Shown: one piece after another, positions 41,986 to 56,153 of the stretch
Numbering within the stretch: the first letter of the stretch is position 1
Layout of the letters: each line of letters starts with the position of its first letter
Assembly: GCA_964016885.1 (NCBI GenBank)
Contig: OZ024740.1
Location: forward strand, 280,488,001 to 280,552,000
Source of the DNA: Eledone cirrhosa
Taxonomy: Eukaryota
Direction: 5' to 3'
DNA: 64,000 nucleotides
Translations under genes and position numbers: made by a program
Notes under the pieces: model-generated
The model's database searches: none
What the model was told of the DNA's origin: nothing
What the model saw: only the letters and a program-made list of their open reading frames with translations

Positions 41986-42167
41986 ATAATTGTTTCTAGT
42001 TTTGGCCCAAGGCCAGCAATTACTCAGTGCATTACTGGTACTTTATTTTATCGACCCAGTAAGGATGAAAGGCAAAGTTAACCTCGGCGGGATTTGAACT
42101 CAAATCGTAAAGGGACGTAACTATGCTGGAAAGCATGGTGTCCGACCCTCTACCGATACTGCCAATG
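41986..42167 (-). mobile_element. SINE family 1
   Basis: Reverse complement of the family 1 pattern. Confidence 0.88.
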
Positions 42168-42434
42168 AAAGCTGAAGCTCATAATAGATAATTGTACGCG
42201 AGGAAACATCTTATTGAAAGTGATCTAGAATAGATTATCCTTTTCAATTATTTTGCCAATATTAGAAGGGAGACGGTGATATGGCAGGATCATAGAACGT
42301 CGGATAGGGTGCTTTGCAGTATTCGTTCAGGTTCTCAGTGTTCTGAGTTCAAATTTCGCCGACGTCTGCTTCGTCTTTCATCCTTTCGAGGTTAATAAAT
42401 AAAGTATCAGTCCAGTACTGTGGTCGATTCCCGC

Positions 42435-42541
<107 letters not shown>

Positions 42542-42545
42542 TATA

Positions 42546-42647
42546 ACAAAGAGGATGTGGTAAAATACCAGGTGGACCATAACGCACCAGAGTACTCAAT
42601 ATTTAGGGTAGTAGAGTGGGTAATATGAAAAGAGTCCTGACTCTTTT

Positions 42648-42650
<3 letters not shown>
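42546..42650. mobile_element. Truncated family A element between (TA)n tracts
   Basis: tgtggtaaaataccaggtggaccataacgcaccagagtactcaatatttagggtagtagagtggg matches 12328-12395. Confidence 0.85.
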
Positions 42651-42690
<40 letters not shown>

Positions 42691-42744
42691 GGTGATTAAT
42701 TTGTTTTACAAGATCTTTCATATGAAATGGTGTGTTGAAACAAA

Positions 42745-43155
42745 TATTATTATATTTGGGGAGGGTCATATTGTTATAATATTGCCAGAAATATATAATA
42801 AAACACACTCACTGTTTGATTTGGATTGGTTTTCGCTTCTGTATATTTTATATCCCTAGAGTTAATTTAGCTGGCAATCAATGTTTATCATTGATTGACC
42901 AACAGTTAAACATATAAACATATAGATATAAATATATATATAGTCTATCAAAGTTCTTTCATCACACACTTGTGACATCATCAGTGGTACTATCATGTTT
43001 CCTCCCGTTGTATTGTAATATCTATTCTATTTTTTATTTATTGGGATATAAAATATACATAGGCGAAAACCAATACACACCAAACAGTGAGTGTGTCTTA
43101 TTATATACTTCTGGCAATATTATAACAATATGACCCTCCCCAAATATAACAATAT
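42745..43155. repeat. Fold-back element family B, about 110-bp inverted arms (42745-42856 and 43042-43155)
   Basis: atatttggggagggtcatattgttataatattgccagaa... pairs with ...ttctggcaatattataacaatatgaccctccccaaatat, followed by (TA)n. Confidence 0.85.
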
Positions 43156-43743
43156 ATATATATATATATATATCAAACCTGGAAAAGAATAAAATCCGCC
43201 ACGTTTTAAAAATGTCCAACAACGACGCCAACGAAGGAGGAGAAAAACACACACGAAAAAGTGGGATCCTCTTTTTATAAGAATAACTGTATGGATTCAC
43301 AAAAAAAATAAAAAAATCATGTAACATTGTTAATCAGTTAGTTATTTCAATATATGAGTAAGAGATGTACATCAACCTATGGTATGTTAAATGCCTGAAA
43401 TGAGCTATCTGAATCAGCAGCGCGTTTCAGTGTTCAGAAGAAATTAATCGTTTTAACACCGTTACACTTATGCAGTGGGATGGTTTGCGGTAATGCGAAG
43501 GAAGAACACAAGAAATTTGAATATTTCTGTTGCTCTTTTAAATTACAGAAAACTAAAACATACAAAATAAAATTCTACTCTATTTCTCCAGCATACACCT
43601 ACAAATTTAATATAATGGCGTAATATAATGACTTACTTATACATACATACATACATTCATACATACATACATGTGTGTGTTTGCATGCGTGTGTGTGCAT
43701 GTGTGAGCGCGTGTGTATCTCGGTACCTCTTTCTTTCTTTCTT

Positions 43744-43843
<100 letters not shown>

Positions 43844-43954
43844 CACCAAAACCACGTGGACCTCCAGTTCCGTCCATTATTTTCACCCACCTTTTAAAAA
43901 TTCTTATTGTATGCTCTTAGCCCCACACAGGACACTTTTTGAAAAAAAATAAAG

Positions 43955-44028
<74 letters not shown>

Positions 44029-44107
44029 TTATTTATTTATATATATATTCATCAATAAAAATCCGAGGCCATATTCATTTGGTTTTGGTTTATTTTATCT
44101 ACCCTCG

Positions 44108-44189
<82 letters not shown>

Positions 44190-44381
44190 GTCTGTCTATC
44201 TATCTATCTATCTATCTATCTGTCAGTTTGAAGCGAGTGGCGTTGGGTGGCCTCGGGTGGCTCTAGTGGTAGGATGGGCTGAAACACCTACACAGCTGCT
44301 TCATCGCCTGATGAGACATCAACTCTTGCATTCGGAGACGGTGTATTGCAGCACATTTAGTATATTAGTGTTTACTTCCAA

Positions 44382-44425
<44 letters not shown>

Positions 44426-44801
44426 GATGTGGGATGCTTAAAGCGTCCGTATGCGGTAGGCCGTGTGAGCACTCGATGCTTTTACAGAGCAGAGTATAAT
44501 ATCAAATAAGCCATATGAAAGGAACAAGATAAATGACGGCCATGAGTGGCCAAAAATACCGATGACGTGTACAATTCTTGACTACTCAGCGACAAACAAG
44601 CTGGCGAGTGAAGGGCGCAGGTGTAATTGGACATTTGGAAACTCTGCTTCGAAGAATCGAGACGTATCTGAGGATCTTGCGATTTAAGAGTCAGGTTCGA
44701 TCATTGCATCGATCGTGCCTCGAGCTGGTCGCCAGAGAAACGATTGTAATATGTCTAATAAATGTTATTCGTCGCACCACTGATTCTCCGTTTCTTATGT
44801 G

Positions 44802-44832
<31 letters not shown>

Positions 44833-47160
44833 CATACACACACACATATATATATATATTTATATACATACATGTACACATATGCACATATATTTATATG
44901 TATTATGTGTTGTAAAGAAGACTATTTTATTGCAGATTTACATATGTGTATATTTTGTTTTTCTTATGTTTTAAACAATAAATTTCCTATTACATCCGAA
45001 GAAACGTTTATCGAGTTGGTTTTTATTACTGCTTTTATTGCAGGCTAGAATCTTTGAAATGATGTATCTCTTTCTTAATCGTATATCAGATAACTATAAT
45101 TGCAACTACTTCAGTTTTTAATTCTAACAATTTCGATATATCGAGACACATTTTATCTTTTCTGGTCATTACTATAAAAGGTTTATTTGAATGTTCTGAA
45201 GTAAATCGTATTTAATAATTACTATATATTTGTTTGCTTGTGTCCCACAATAATGTATGTGGCGTTATAAATAAAAGGTTTCAATCATGAATGTTAAAAT
45301 TATTCCAGAGATAGCTTTGGTTTGTCAATAGAAGCTAACGTACTAGTTATCACTAGCTGATATCATTTACATTTATGCATTATACATAATAACAAATGTA
45401 TTGTTTCTTTTTACATATTGAAACAATGAAATGTTCTGCTACTTTAGATGAGACCAATAAGTTCTTGTAATGTATTTCATTTGATTTGTTTAATTTTGAC
45501 TATGATGTACATGAATGTTATATCATATACACATAAACATCAAAATTCGAAAAAGTTCTAGGTTTACAGAGTAAACATTAATGGCTCATGTATTTTTGGT
45601 TCTGGTAATAGTCGAATGTAATGTACATTTTGGATAACTGCAATAAACAGCGACTCCTAAAATTGAATCTTATATTTGAAAAACATGTTTATCTCATTAT
45701 AATGTATATTATCATTGTTATTACAAATTTAATGAGCATGTGGATGTTTACATACTTTTCGAACAACTATATCATCTACTTCACATTTTCATTACCAGAC
45801 CTGTCAACTCTCCCCGTCCGACGGGGAGATCTCCTACCCACTTTGGGGTGGGTGCGAGATGTCTTCTATCGTGAAAATGGGTATAGCTTTCATTATGTAA
45901 AATCTCCCCATTTTGCCTCATTTCTCTCCGTTTTGAGGCATTTTTTTTCGTGGAACTCCTCATTTGGGTTTTTAGAGGTTGGCAGGTTTGCATTACAGTT
46001 TCCTTATAAACTGCAAGCATTAAATTATGATTGCTTCAGTGAACAGTGACATTTGATCGCTAGTCAGACTAAATGTCTACCTTCCGGAATCAATTCGAAT
46101 CCTAAAATCGGCTCATCAAGTTGCATGTTTTTGTTTCGCTCCTGTGCTTTTAGACTCTTGATCTATTGCTGCGGAAACGAGAGGTGATGAATGGCGTGCC
46201 AATCAATCTAAGGTGCGTGATAGTCATGTAGACATACGTGGTTGACATCAGGATCATGGTGTGGGACAACATGGGAAATTCAGTATTCTACATCGTGCTG
46301 TAGGAATACAATGTATCTGTATTAACTAAAAGAAATCGACGGGCATGTAGCTGAGCACCTAGAGAGCTATGCTAGTAAGCATTAGGGTGTCACTCAACCC
46401 AAGGTCCTGTTTGACGCTGATAGAATCTGGGATTTAGTTACGAGAAAGGTCATATAGAGGGGAGTATATAGGTGAGGAGCAGATACATTGCATCCGTCAT
46501 TTATTACCGTTTGACAATCGTACCTTATTTTAGTTTTTATCTGACAAGGCTGAAGCTATTTCTCTTCATATGAGAGCGACTATTCCACTGCTTAGAAGAT
46601 CTTTATGCTGCCAGCAAGGCCTGATTTAATAGTGGGCAAACGAGGCAATTGCCCCGGCCACCCGGCCGTGGGTGACCCAACCAGTATCAGCCGTAGCAAT
46701 TTATTTGTGTCCTCAGCTGGGCTTTTTTATTTTCTTGATTGATCAGCTCAAGATTCGATCTATATCGATCCTGATCAATAGCGAAACGCGCGTCACTACT
46801 CAATAAACGTAATGAAGACAAAAAATCGTCCTTTTTATTATTATAATAATTACATTCTGCTTAGTTCTACACATCTACACCGAATGGAAACTACGCTGGT
46901 GAGCAGAATGTTTCCAGACATGTGGACAATGTGAGAAGATTTCAACTCTTGACCTTCGCACCTCTTGTATAACTACACCAAAGATCCGGATTGAATAACA
47001 ACAACATTCTAATGTTCTAATCAACTCGAACACCTTTTCCGAACTTTCGCAGTTATCTCCCTTACACTTTTCGCCCGTGGCTTTGTATCCCTTGGGTGAA
47101 GTGACCGTTTCTGCGCATGCGCGTTCATACGGTTGTTCTTCCTGTTCCGTATAACCATGA

Positions 47161-47210
47161 CCAGTACGAACTGAAGATCCTCTAAGGTGAAACAATTGTT
47201 CTCAGTATGG
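47161..47210 (+). ncRNA. Candidate minimal type I hammerhead ribozyme (PLE-type)
   Basis: CTGAAGA (47171-77), stem II cct-cta-agg, GAAA (47189-92), C-aatt-G (1-bp stem III with palindromic loop), then UU. Imperfect stem I ccagtacgaa/ctcagtatgg. Non-canonical U-U at the base of stem II. Confidence 0.55.
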
Positions 47211-47334
47211 TGAACTAACTGTTGTGTTACTACTTCTACCAAACTCGTCCTATGGACTGCGTGCTCTACCACTACTGATATTACCTTCCAGTGTTCTACC
47301 TCTCTCCCCCCTCTCTCTCTCTTCACTCTCTCTC

Positions 47335-47389
<55 letters not shown>

Positions 47390-47614
47390 TCTCTCTCTCT
47401 CTATATATATATGTATATATATATATACATATATATATATACATATATATGCCAGCGAACGTTTCCACGAACCAAAGTATCGTCTTCCTGTCTTCCTCCG
47501 GTTGCAACGTTTTTTGAAATATCCAGTTCTGCGTTTACAGATTGACTTTGTTAGTTTCAGAAGATCCCGTTAAGGGTGAAAGCAGCGATTCTTTCCTTAA
47601 ACTTTAATCTGTTA

Positions 47615-47708
<94 letters not shown>

Positions 47709-47922
47709 CATATATATATATTACTAATTATATCTAAATGTTTCTTCTCTCTTCATAATGTATTTTTAACTCTGATACTGGTTCAGTCTGGTTCAAACTG
47801 AATTGGTCTGTCCCAGTCATTCATTGAGCAACATCGGTGAAGTTGGCACCCTTAACTCACAGTTGGGTGCGGATGCATTCATGTATATATGTGTGTGTCC
47901 GCATGTATCTGTGTGTTTCTAA

Positions 47923-47977
<55 letters not shown>

Positions 47978-48065
47978 AGCAGGACGGATATTCAATTTGT
48001 AGGTAATTCAACAAATATAAATGTTTATAACTGATTCAGAGCACTCGACAGTTTTCTGGAGTATA

Positions 48066-48411
48066 ATATACAATGATATTAAATAAATGGAAACTATATT
48101 TATAAAACCATATTTATTCTATTATATATATTTCAAGAGTACCAACATTTTGGTACGCTATCGTCAGATAAAATACGAAGTGTGTTTTGTAAATTTTGAC
48201 ATAACCAAGGAGAATATACCTTAACGGTTCAAGTTTTCCTTAACTTGAACCGTTAAGGTATATTCTCCTTGGTTATGTCAAAATTTACAAAACACACTTC
48301 GTATTTTATCTGACGATAGCGTACCAAAATGTTTGTACTCTTGAAATATATATAATAGAATAAATATGGTTTTATAAATATAGTTTCCATTTATTTAATA
48401 TCATTGTATAT
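48066..48411. repeat. 346-bp near-perfect palindrome (170-bp arms, 6-nt spacer) running into (TA)n
   Basis: Arms 48066-48235 and 48242-48411; one mismatch seen by eye. Confidence 0.95.
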
Positions 48412-48460
48412 ATATATATATATATATATATCATAATTTCTTCAGTGTAAACCCACTGCT

Positions 48461-48505
<45 letters not shown>

Positions 48506-48673
48506 GTTAAAAATGTACATCCACATATGTATACTGAAATACTAGTATGCATATGAATACACACACGTATACATATGTAGATGTACCGAGTTTTTCACTG
48601 GTCACTTTACTGTGAGTGTCCAGCTATTCTGTATGTAAACACACAGACAAATTTAATTTCGTTTCGTTATTTG

Positions 48674-48740
<67 letters not shown>

Positions 48741-48745
<5 letters not shown>

Positions 48746-48970
48746 AGTTAATATAAATTAATATATATGATAAAACACAAATACCAACATATAAGTGTTT
48801 GTATTGTAAATGACTAAGTTAGCTAGATTGAAAAATACTAATTATAATAATACAGTTTGCCTGTCTCGATTTTAAATAATAAATCAATAAAAACAAACGA
48901 TATTGGCAAATGGCCGTGTAATGTTGGTATTTGTGTTTTATCATATATATTAATTTATATTAACTTGTAT
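48741..48970. repeat. 50-bp perfect inverted repeat (48741-48790 and 48921-48970) starting at (TA)n
   Basis: atacaagttaatataaattaatatatatgataaaacacaaataccaacat and its reverse complement. Confidence 0.9.
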
Positions 48971-49048
48971 TACACGGCTCAGAAATACTTCTTTCTTTGA
49001 GCTATTTCATTGTAAAGGACTGCTTGAGTTTAGAACTCATTATTCTTA

Positions 49049-49121
<73 letters not shown>

Positions 49122-49414
49122 CCAAATGTTGGAAAAATTTAATGAGTCGCGTTAAAACATTGACCCAGACAAGAAATCCGATCATTTGTTGGCGGACAGG
49201 AAGTACAGGATGGATATGATTTCGGAAACAAATATTAATATACTGAGGTTAGGAAACTGATTACGTGTTTGGTGAGTTTGAAGAATGTCGATGCAGCTGT
49301 GGTAATGATTATTGAACGACGCTCATGCTTTATACTGGGTGATCATATAAGAAATTGACTTCCAATATTTAGAAGGTAACACGAATAGATCCTTAAGACC
49401 TCAATAGCAATATT

Positions 49415-49860
49415 AATGATTTCTGATTTAGGCATAAGGCTAACAATTTTCGGAGGAGGGGAAAGTCGATTAACTCGACTCCAGGGCGTTACTGGTACTT
49501 TATTTTATCGACCCTGTAAGGATGAAAGGCAAAACTAATCTCGGCGGGATTTGGACTCAGAACGCACAGGGCCGTTACTCAATACCACAAAGCATGTTGC
49601 CCGACGCTCTACCGTTACTGCCAATCCACCGCAATATTAATTGTTTCTGATTTAGGCACATTGCCAACAATTTTGAGAGAAGGGAAAGTCAATCAAATCG
49701 GCCCAAGTACTTTATTAGTACTTTATTTCATCGACCCCTTAAGGATGAAAGGTAAATCTAACCTCGGCGGGATTTGAACTCAGAACGTAAAGAGCTGTAA
49801 CTATATGCTGAAAAGCATATGAGCCGACGCTCCTACGACTCTACCTATCTATCGCCCTTA
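49415..49860 (-). mobile_element. Two tandem SINE family 1-related copies
   Basis: Core motif twice, with the variant 3' insert ggggaaagtcgattaa.tcgac. Confidence 0.85.
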
Positions 49861-51738
49861 ATATTATTAACGGCAAAAAGAGTGAGCCAAAAAGGAAGCC
49901 TTTATACAGTCGCTATCCTGCTAAGATTAGCCCACGTGTGTTATGAACAAATCGCATTTTCTCCCTCGTATATCAACCACAATCTTTCCTCTACATAGAA
50001 AAGTTCACTCGTATTGTCGAATTGTGCACCATATGTTATATCTTGGTGATTGCTATAACCTCCATGTTTACATAATTTACAATGTTATATACAATAATTA
50101 AGGATTATTATACAATATTATTTTGATTGGTTCATAACATTGCCATAATATGAGGGAGAAAAGGGAGAAAAGCCCTCGAATAGATCTTAGTTGGCGACGA
50201 TGTATTACTATGTATCAAAATACCCAAGAAACTCTCATGAAACTTACAAGAAAAAATGACAAATAAAAAAAGGGAGATTTACAAAAGGGTGGCAAAAGAT
50301 GACTACCAGCTATCGACTGACTAAGTTGTAGTATAGAAAATATAAAAAATTAAGAAAAATTAAGATACAGAATTAAAATTTTATAAATGTAAATGGTAAA
50401 AATTAATCTAAAATCTCCACGACACGAGAATTTTCCAACTTAATGGATTATGAGCAAATCTCCAGCTTAATTGATTTTAACGTGGCTGCACTTAAAATAA
50501 GTTAATATAATTTATTATGGTTGTGCTCAAAGGACGATTAAACATCATTAAAATAAGTAAACAAAGTTTTGAGAACAGTCTTAAAAATTCACCCACTCGA
50601 ATATAACATAAAATCAATGACTCATTAGTTTTTCAAAGTATTAAATGAAATATTTTAAACTATAATTTATGTTATATCAAAGAGTCTTATGCTCATCATT
50701 TAAATAACAATACGAGAATAATTTCCTGATTTCGTAAAAAGTAATTAATAATAAACGAAAAATGTAATAAATAATTAGAAATTCGAATTCATTTACCATC
50801 AGCATAAGACGTTTGCGTGGTAATCATGAGGTCCCGAGTTCAATCCCACTGTCATAATATCTTGACTTAGTGTCTTTGATATAGATTCGGGTAAACTCAA
50901 GCCTTGGAAGTGAAATTAGGGACGAAACTGTATAGAAACCTGACGGATGGATTGTACCTGTAATTCTAAAGTCTAGCCTCGTCATATATTGTGTTACGCT
51001 GATTCGGCTTGGGCATTAATATAAGAGTATACATGTCAGTGGAATACTCAACACGCTAATTCACCTGGTGTATGTATATATGTATGTGTATATGTATATA
51101 TATATGTATGTATGTACGTCTGTTGCATAGTCGGGTCTTCGGTGATTTTGGATACACTGCAAGACAAAAACAAGACCTGATAAAGGGCGGAAGAACTGGG
51201 TCAACGGCCATCCCCAAATGCGTAAATCTGTCACCAGATATGATGGTTAATTCCGATATAGATTCCTGTCGGACGAATAAGCAGCCCTGGATCAAAGGGG
51301 AGATGAAGCAATGGATTACACTGTTAGCGCCCCCCAAAACTCTCTCAATCCAATGATATAGTTTCGACGAGGTGAGTAAAAACCGCCGCTAAAAAAACCT
51401 AGTTTACGCGGGTCTGAGAAAATTACCAATTGGATGAATGGCACAGATAAAACAAAAAACAAAACAAAACTGAAATATGATCATATGAAGAAATAAAAAA
51501 GCAATTACACCACATCGTCCTTTGTACAGGGTAACAGGGGACGCATTCTGGCCTTAGGTAAAGGGATTTGTTCGAAAACTATTTCGCAATCTCCATCCCA
51601 CGTCCTAAAAACTGGTGATGGGCCTGCAACTTGTCCTAGGAGGTGTCGGATAGACGCACAAAGGTTGCATATCATGAGACCCCAAAGACAATCCAAACGG
51701 TAGCAAACCTCAACAATTAGCAGCCCCCCCTCTCTCTT

Positions 51739-51823
<85 letters not shown>

Positions 51824-52399
51824 CTCTATATATATATATATATATATATACATAATATACAAGACCCAGTAAATTTTGGAAACTGAGTTGAGACTTCACA
51901 AAAAATGACACATGAAACTCTCCTGCTTTACAAGGCGTTTTAACATATACATTTTTTTTAGGGGAAAGAAAGCATAATATCATCATTCAAAGTAACAAGT
52001 TGCAGTGGATGAAATTTAGGGAAAAAAAATCATCAGTGTCAGAATAAGGATTTCGCCTACGCATTTCTCAATGGGTACTGTCTCATCGTAAATTATATCT
52101 CTTTTCTTAAATAATAATATAAAAAAAAACAACTAAACACCAGCAATAATATTTATTGCCTACAACATGACGTAATATGTTATAGGATATACATATCAGA
52201 AATGTTTAGGGCATCATGTAAAAGTGTAAAGTGCAGCTTAGCGAATATTTGTAGAATGTTCTACGGAAGTAAATAAGAACCACCCCTATTAAAATGTGTG
52301 CGATTATTATCATTTCCGGTTGCACCTTTCCGAACGCTAGCGTCTTCATTTCATATATTCCCACACATTTACAATAGAATTACCAAAAAGAAATATTTC

Positions 52400-52408
52400 T
52401 ATATAAAT
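52400..52408 (+). promoter_or_regulatory. Candidate TATA box of gene 3
   Basis: ctATATAAATgggg about 140 nt upstream of the ATG at 52539. AT-rich context, so chance occurrence is possible. Confidence 0.4.
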
Positions 52409-52538
52409 GGGGGTTTTTAAAGGCTTAAATGTCATAACTAGCACAGACTGGAAGCTGACAAGACATCCACTGCTTGTATTATTTGCCAACGTCATCAAGT
52501 GTTTACGTAACGTCTGAGGATAAGAATACTATACTACA

Positions 52539-52589
52539 ATGCATTACTTCGAAACAACTTTATATATCTCGCTGATCTGCTTGCTGTCG
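52539..52589 (+). CDS. Gene 3, exon 1: signal peptide MHYFETTLYISLICLLS
   Basis: ATG, hydrophobic core, donor tcg|gtaagt, phase 0. Confidence 0.75.
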
Positions 52590-53046
52590 GTAAGTATTAT
52601 ATGTCATAGTAAATTGAGACATTTACCATACTCAACTAAATATTACATTAACTGCTTTCTCTTCAGCTAAATGTTACTATATAAATACCAGTCACATTGT
52701 CAATGTCACGATATTTTAATGGTCTTATACCCACAGAGAATATACAATTATTTTCAAATACAGAAAGCATTTCACATACGTTCTAAACACTCATAGTTAT
52801 GTATACAGAGTATGTATGTATGTATGTATGTATGTATGTATGTATGTATGTACGTATGTTCATCTGGTTTTATAATTTCACAAATTTATGTATGAATGTA
52901 TGTATGCATGCATGTGCCTATATGTATATATATATATATGTATGCATGTGTGTATGTATGCGTGTTTATATGTACGTATGTGTATATATGAATACATGTA
53001 TATATTTATATATGTATAATGGATTTGTTTTCATTTTCTATTGCAG

Positions 53047-53074
53047 ACAATTGTTCAGAGTTTACCAGCTAAAC
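53047..53074 (+). CDS. Gene 3, exon 2: 28-nt microexon (TIVQSLPAK-R)
   Basis: ttttctattgcag|acaattgttcagagtttaccagctaaac|gtgagt. Confidence 0.78.
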
Positions 53075-53164
53075 GTGAGTTTTCTATTTTCTTATCATTT
53101 TCTGTAATATTTAATTTAATATAATTAACATCACGACTAGAAACCTGTCTTTCTCCATAATTAG

Positions 53165-53236
<72 letters not shown>

Positions 53237-53355
53237 TAATATAATTCTGTGGCAAAAATATAGTGCTTTTGAAATATAGTGCTTTTACAGAGACGAACAA
53301 ATTACATTGTAATTTGTTCGTCTCTGTCTTTCTTTTCTTTTACATGTTATACACG

Positions 53356-53422
<67 letters not shown>

Positions 53423-53477
53423 CGTTTCTGAATTTGTTTAGCAAGATTCTGTATCTAAAAACGTGTGTTGAAACCGA

Positions 53478-53551
53478 TATTGTTATACTTTGGGAGGGTC
53501 ATGTTGCCAATAAGTGTGTTTCTTATTGGCAACATGACCCTCCAAAAGTAT

Positions 53552-53560
<9 letters not shown>
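53478..53560. repeat. Family B hairpin, about 38-bp arms, followed by (TA)n
   Basis: atattgttatactttgggagggtcatgttgccaataag-tgtgttt-cttattggcaacatgaccctccaaaagtataacaatat. Confidence 0.9.
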
Positions 53561-53634
<74 letters not shown>

Positions 53635-53659
53635 TACACTAACACATACACACATATCC

Positions 53660-53734
<75 letters not shown>

Positions 53735-53914
53735 GGGGTCCTGAAATGTATCATATATATATATATATACACACACACACGGCTCACACACACATATATA
53801 TATATACAAATAACAAACAAACAGTTCATCGCTCTACATGGCTGAATACAATAAATGTAATCTGAGTTTTTCGAATATTAATAATAAGGAACTCTTTTAA
53901 CCATCTTTTGATCT

Positions 53915-53945
<31 letters not shown>

Positions 53946-53956
53946 GAAAGGTATAG

Positions 53957-54013
<57 letters not shown>

Positions 54014-54046
54014 TAAATATATTTACGCACCCATATTACATATTAT

Positions 54047-54110
<64 letters not shown>

Positions 54111-54374
54111 ATGTATCTGTATGTATATATATAAGTGTGTAAATCTGATATGTGATTATATATATCTTAAGGAAAAAGATTACATTTCAGAACTACGGTT
54201 TCGTTCAACCTGTCAGTTGTTTAATTTTACACATCACAAGATTGCAATCTATCATTGTGTGTTTTCAACTTAATTCTAATTCAACGAAGCTCTGGCTCAG
54301 ATATTTAATTATGTTTATCTTACATATGAATAAAAATGTATGTATATTCTACTGTCATTATCAATACTACCAAT

Positions 54375-54565
54375 GTGGCAGTGGATTGGCATTATCGGTA
54401 GAGAGTCGGACGCCATGTTTTCCAGCATAGTTACGTCCCTTTACGTTCTGAATTCAAATCCCATCAAGGTTAACTTTGCCTCTCATCCTTACGGGGTCGA
54501 TAAAATAAAGTACCAGTAATATACTGGGTAATTGCTAGCCTTGTGCCAAAAGTAGAAACAATTAT
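54375..54565 (+). mobile_element. SINE family 1, intronic in gene 3
   Basis: Full family 1 pattern. Confidence 0.88.
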
Positions 54566-54719
54566 CAATACTATTAATGACATGAATATCGTTTTATCAC
54601 ACGTACCATTCTTATACACTTATTTTCTACATCAACTTTGAGTAACGGAAAAGAGTGTGTATATCTGTGAAACTATGTAATCAATACTCTAGTATATCCC
54701 TCGAAACGATCGGTGTCTC

Positions 54720-55025
54720 CATTGAATTGGTGCGCCCTGAGTGTGGAAAGATTTGCTTGAGCAAATCTGGTTTCAGGAGCCACAGTCGCAGCCATGTTCA
54801 AAGAGAGCTAGTGAACTATGATCTCTACGGTATTGTGAAGGTCCACAGGCAACCTGATGCAAGACCTGAAGCCAGGGAGATCCCTAGTTGTCGTTAAATC
54901 GCAAAGGAGTGTAAGTCTCTAGCAGGCTTTAAAAGCCATATCCGAGCGTCACACATCTGACAAATATCACGAATATCTGACAAGCGATTGCAAAAGGTTT
55001 TGCAGAGTTTGCAGCCATCATTCAT
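54720..55025 (+). mobile_element. Probable LINE (RTE-type) 3' end with decayed C2H2-like motifs
   Basis: RPECGKICLSKSGFRSHSRSH and CKSLAGFKSHIRASH motifs, stop-interrupted, ending at a microsatellite. Confidence 0.45.
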
Positions 55026-55033
55026 GTATGTAT

Positions 55034-55079
<46 letters not shown>

Positions 55080-55589
55080 GTGAGGTTTTTTTACAAAATG
55101 AAAAATAACTGAGGTGTCCTACACGAGTGAAAGTATAAAGAAAAAAAGATGAAATCGATAATGCACTGGAGTCTTATTTTAAAAAATATATATATATTTA
55201 TTTGGTTCCTTTACCGGTTTCGCAGTTCTTCTGCTTTTCAAAAGTAGAGTTGAGATGGAGGGTCTGTGGTTTTCTCACATCTATATACACATATATAAAA
55301 TATACACACACATATATACATATGCACATTCTTACATACGTACATATATTCATATATTCATACATACATACATACATGCATACATACATGATAACTGCCA
55401 CTTCTTTACAGAAGAATGTTTTCATACTTTATAGCATACAATAAAGAATTAAGATAGAAAAAAATGAGTATACCGGTAGAAATGTGTTCTCAATTTTTAT
55501 ATGGTTAAAATGTTCTTGTATTTATGTATATATAATCTTATATTCTGTTCATCATGTAATAATGCAATGAATCAAATCTTTATTTGCAG

Positions 55590-56153
55590 GATGTGTCGGA
55601 AATGAAGCCAATATTATGTTTGTACTAGATTCTTCTAGTAGTATATGGATTGTCGATTATAAAAAACAACTGAGATTTGTACAAAGACTTGTAGACAACT
55701 TCAACGTCGGTGTTAGTAATTCTCAAGTTAGAGTTGGAGCCATTACGTTCAGCGATAGAGCTCATCTTGAGTTTTCTCTTAATCAATATACTGACAGCGA
55801 ACAAGTCAAGAGAGCCGTTGCTAACATTCCTTACAGAACAGGTCAAACTAATACAGCGGAAGCATTGGAAATTTTGAGGACAGAACTGAAACCGAAGTTG
55901 AAATCATCTGCGTCTCCTTTCATTGCAATCATAGTAACTGATGGTAGATCTCGAGATACAAAAGCTACAATGGACGAAGCAAAATTACTTCATCAATTGG
56001 GAATCCATGTTTATGCTATTGGTGTTGGACGTAATTATGATTTAAACGAATTGAAAGCTATTGCAAGTGATCCTGTAAACAATGTCTATGAAGTGACAAG
56101 CTATTCAGCATTACAAGAAATAAATAAGGATTTTGGTGTAAAACCTTGTGAAA
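55590..56153 (+). CDS. Gene 3, exon 3: VWA domain with intact MIDAS
   Basis: Acceptor tttgcag|. CVGNEANIMFVLDSSSS...IIVTDGRS...KPCE, donor a|gtgagt. 564 nt. Confidence 0.93.

Noticed and set aside
44285-44355. CTGATGA box with gctgc/gcagc flanks as another hammerhead
   Set aside because: No GAAA box at the right position and stem II is unconvincing.
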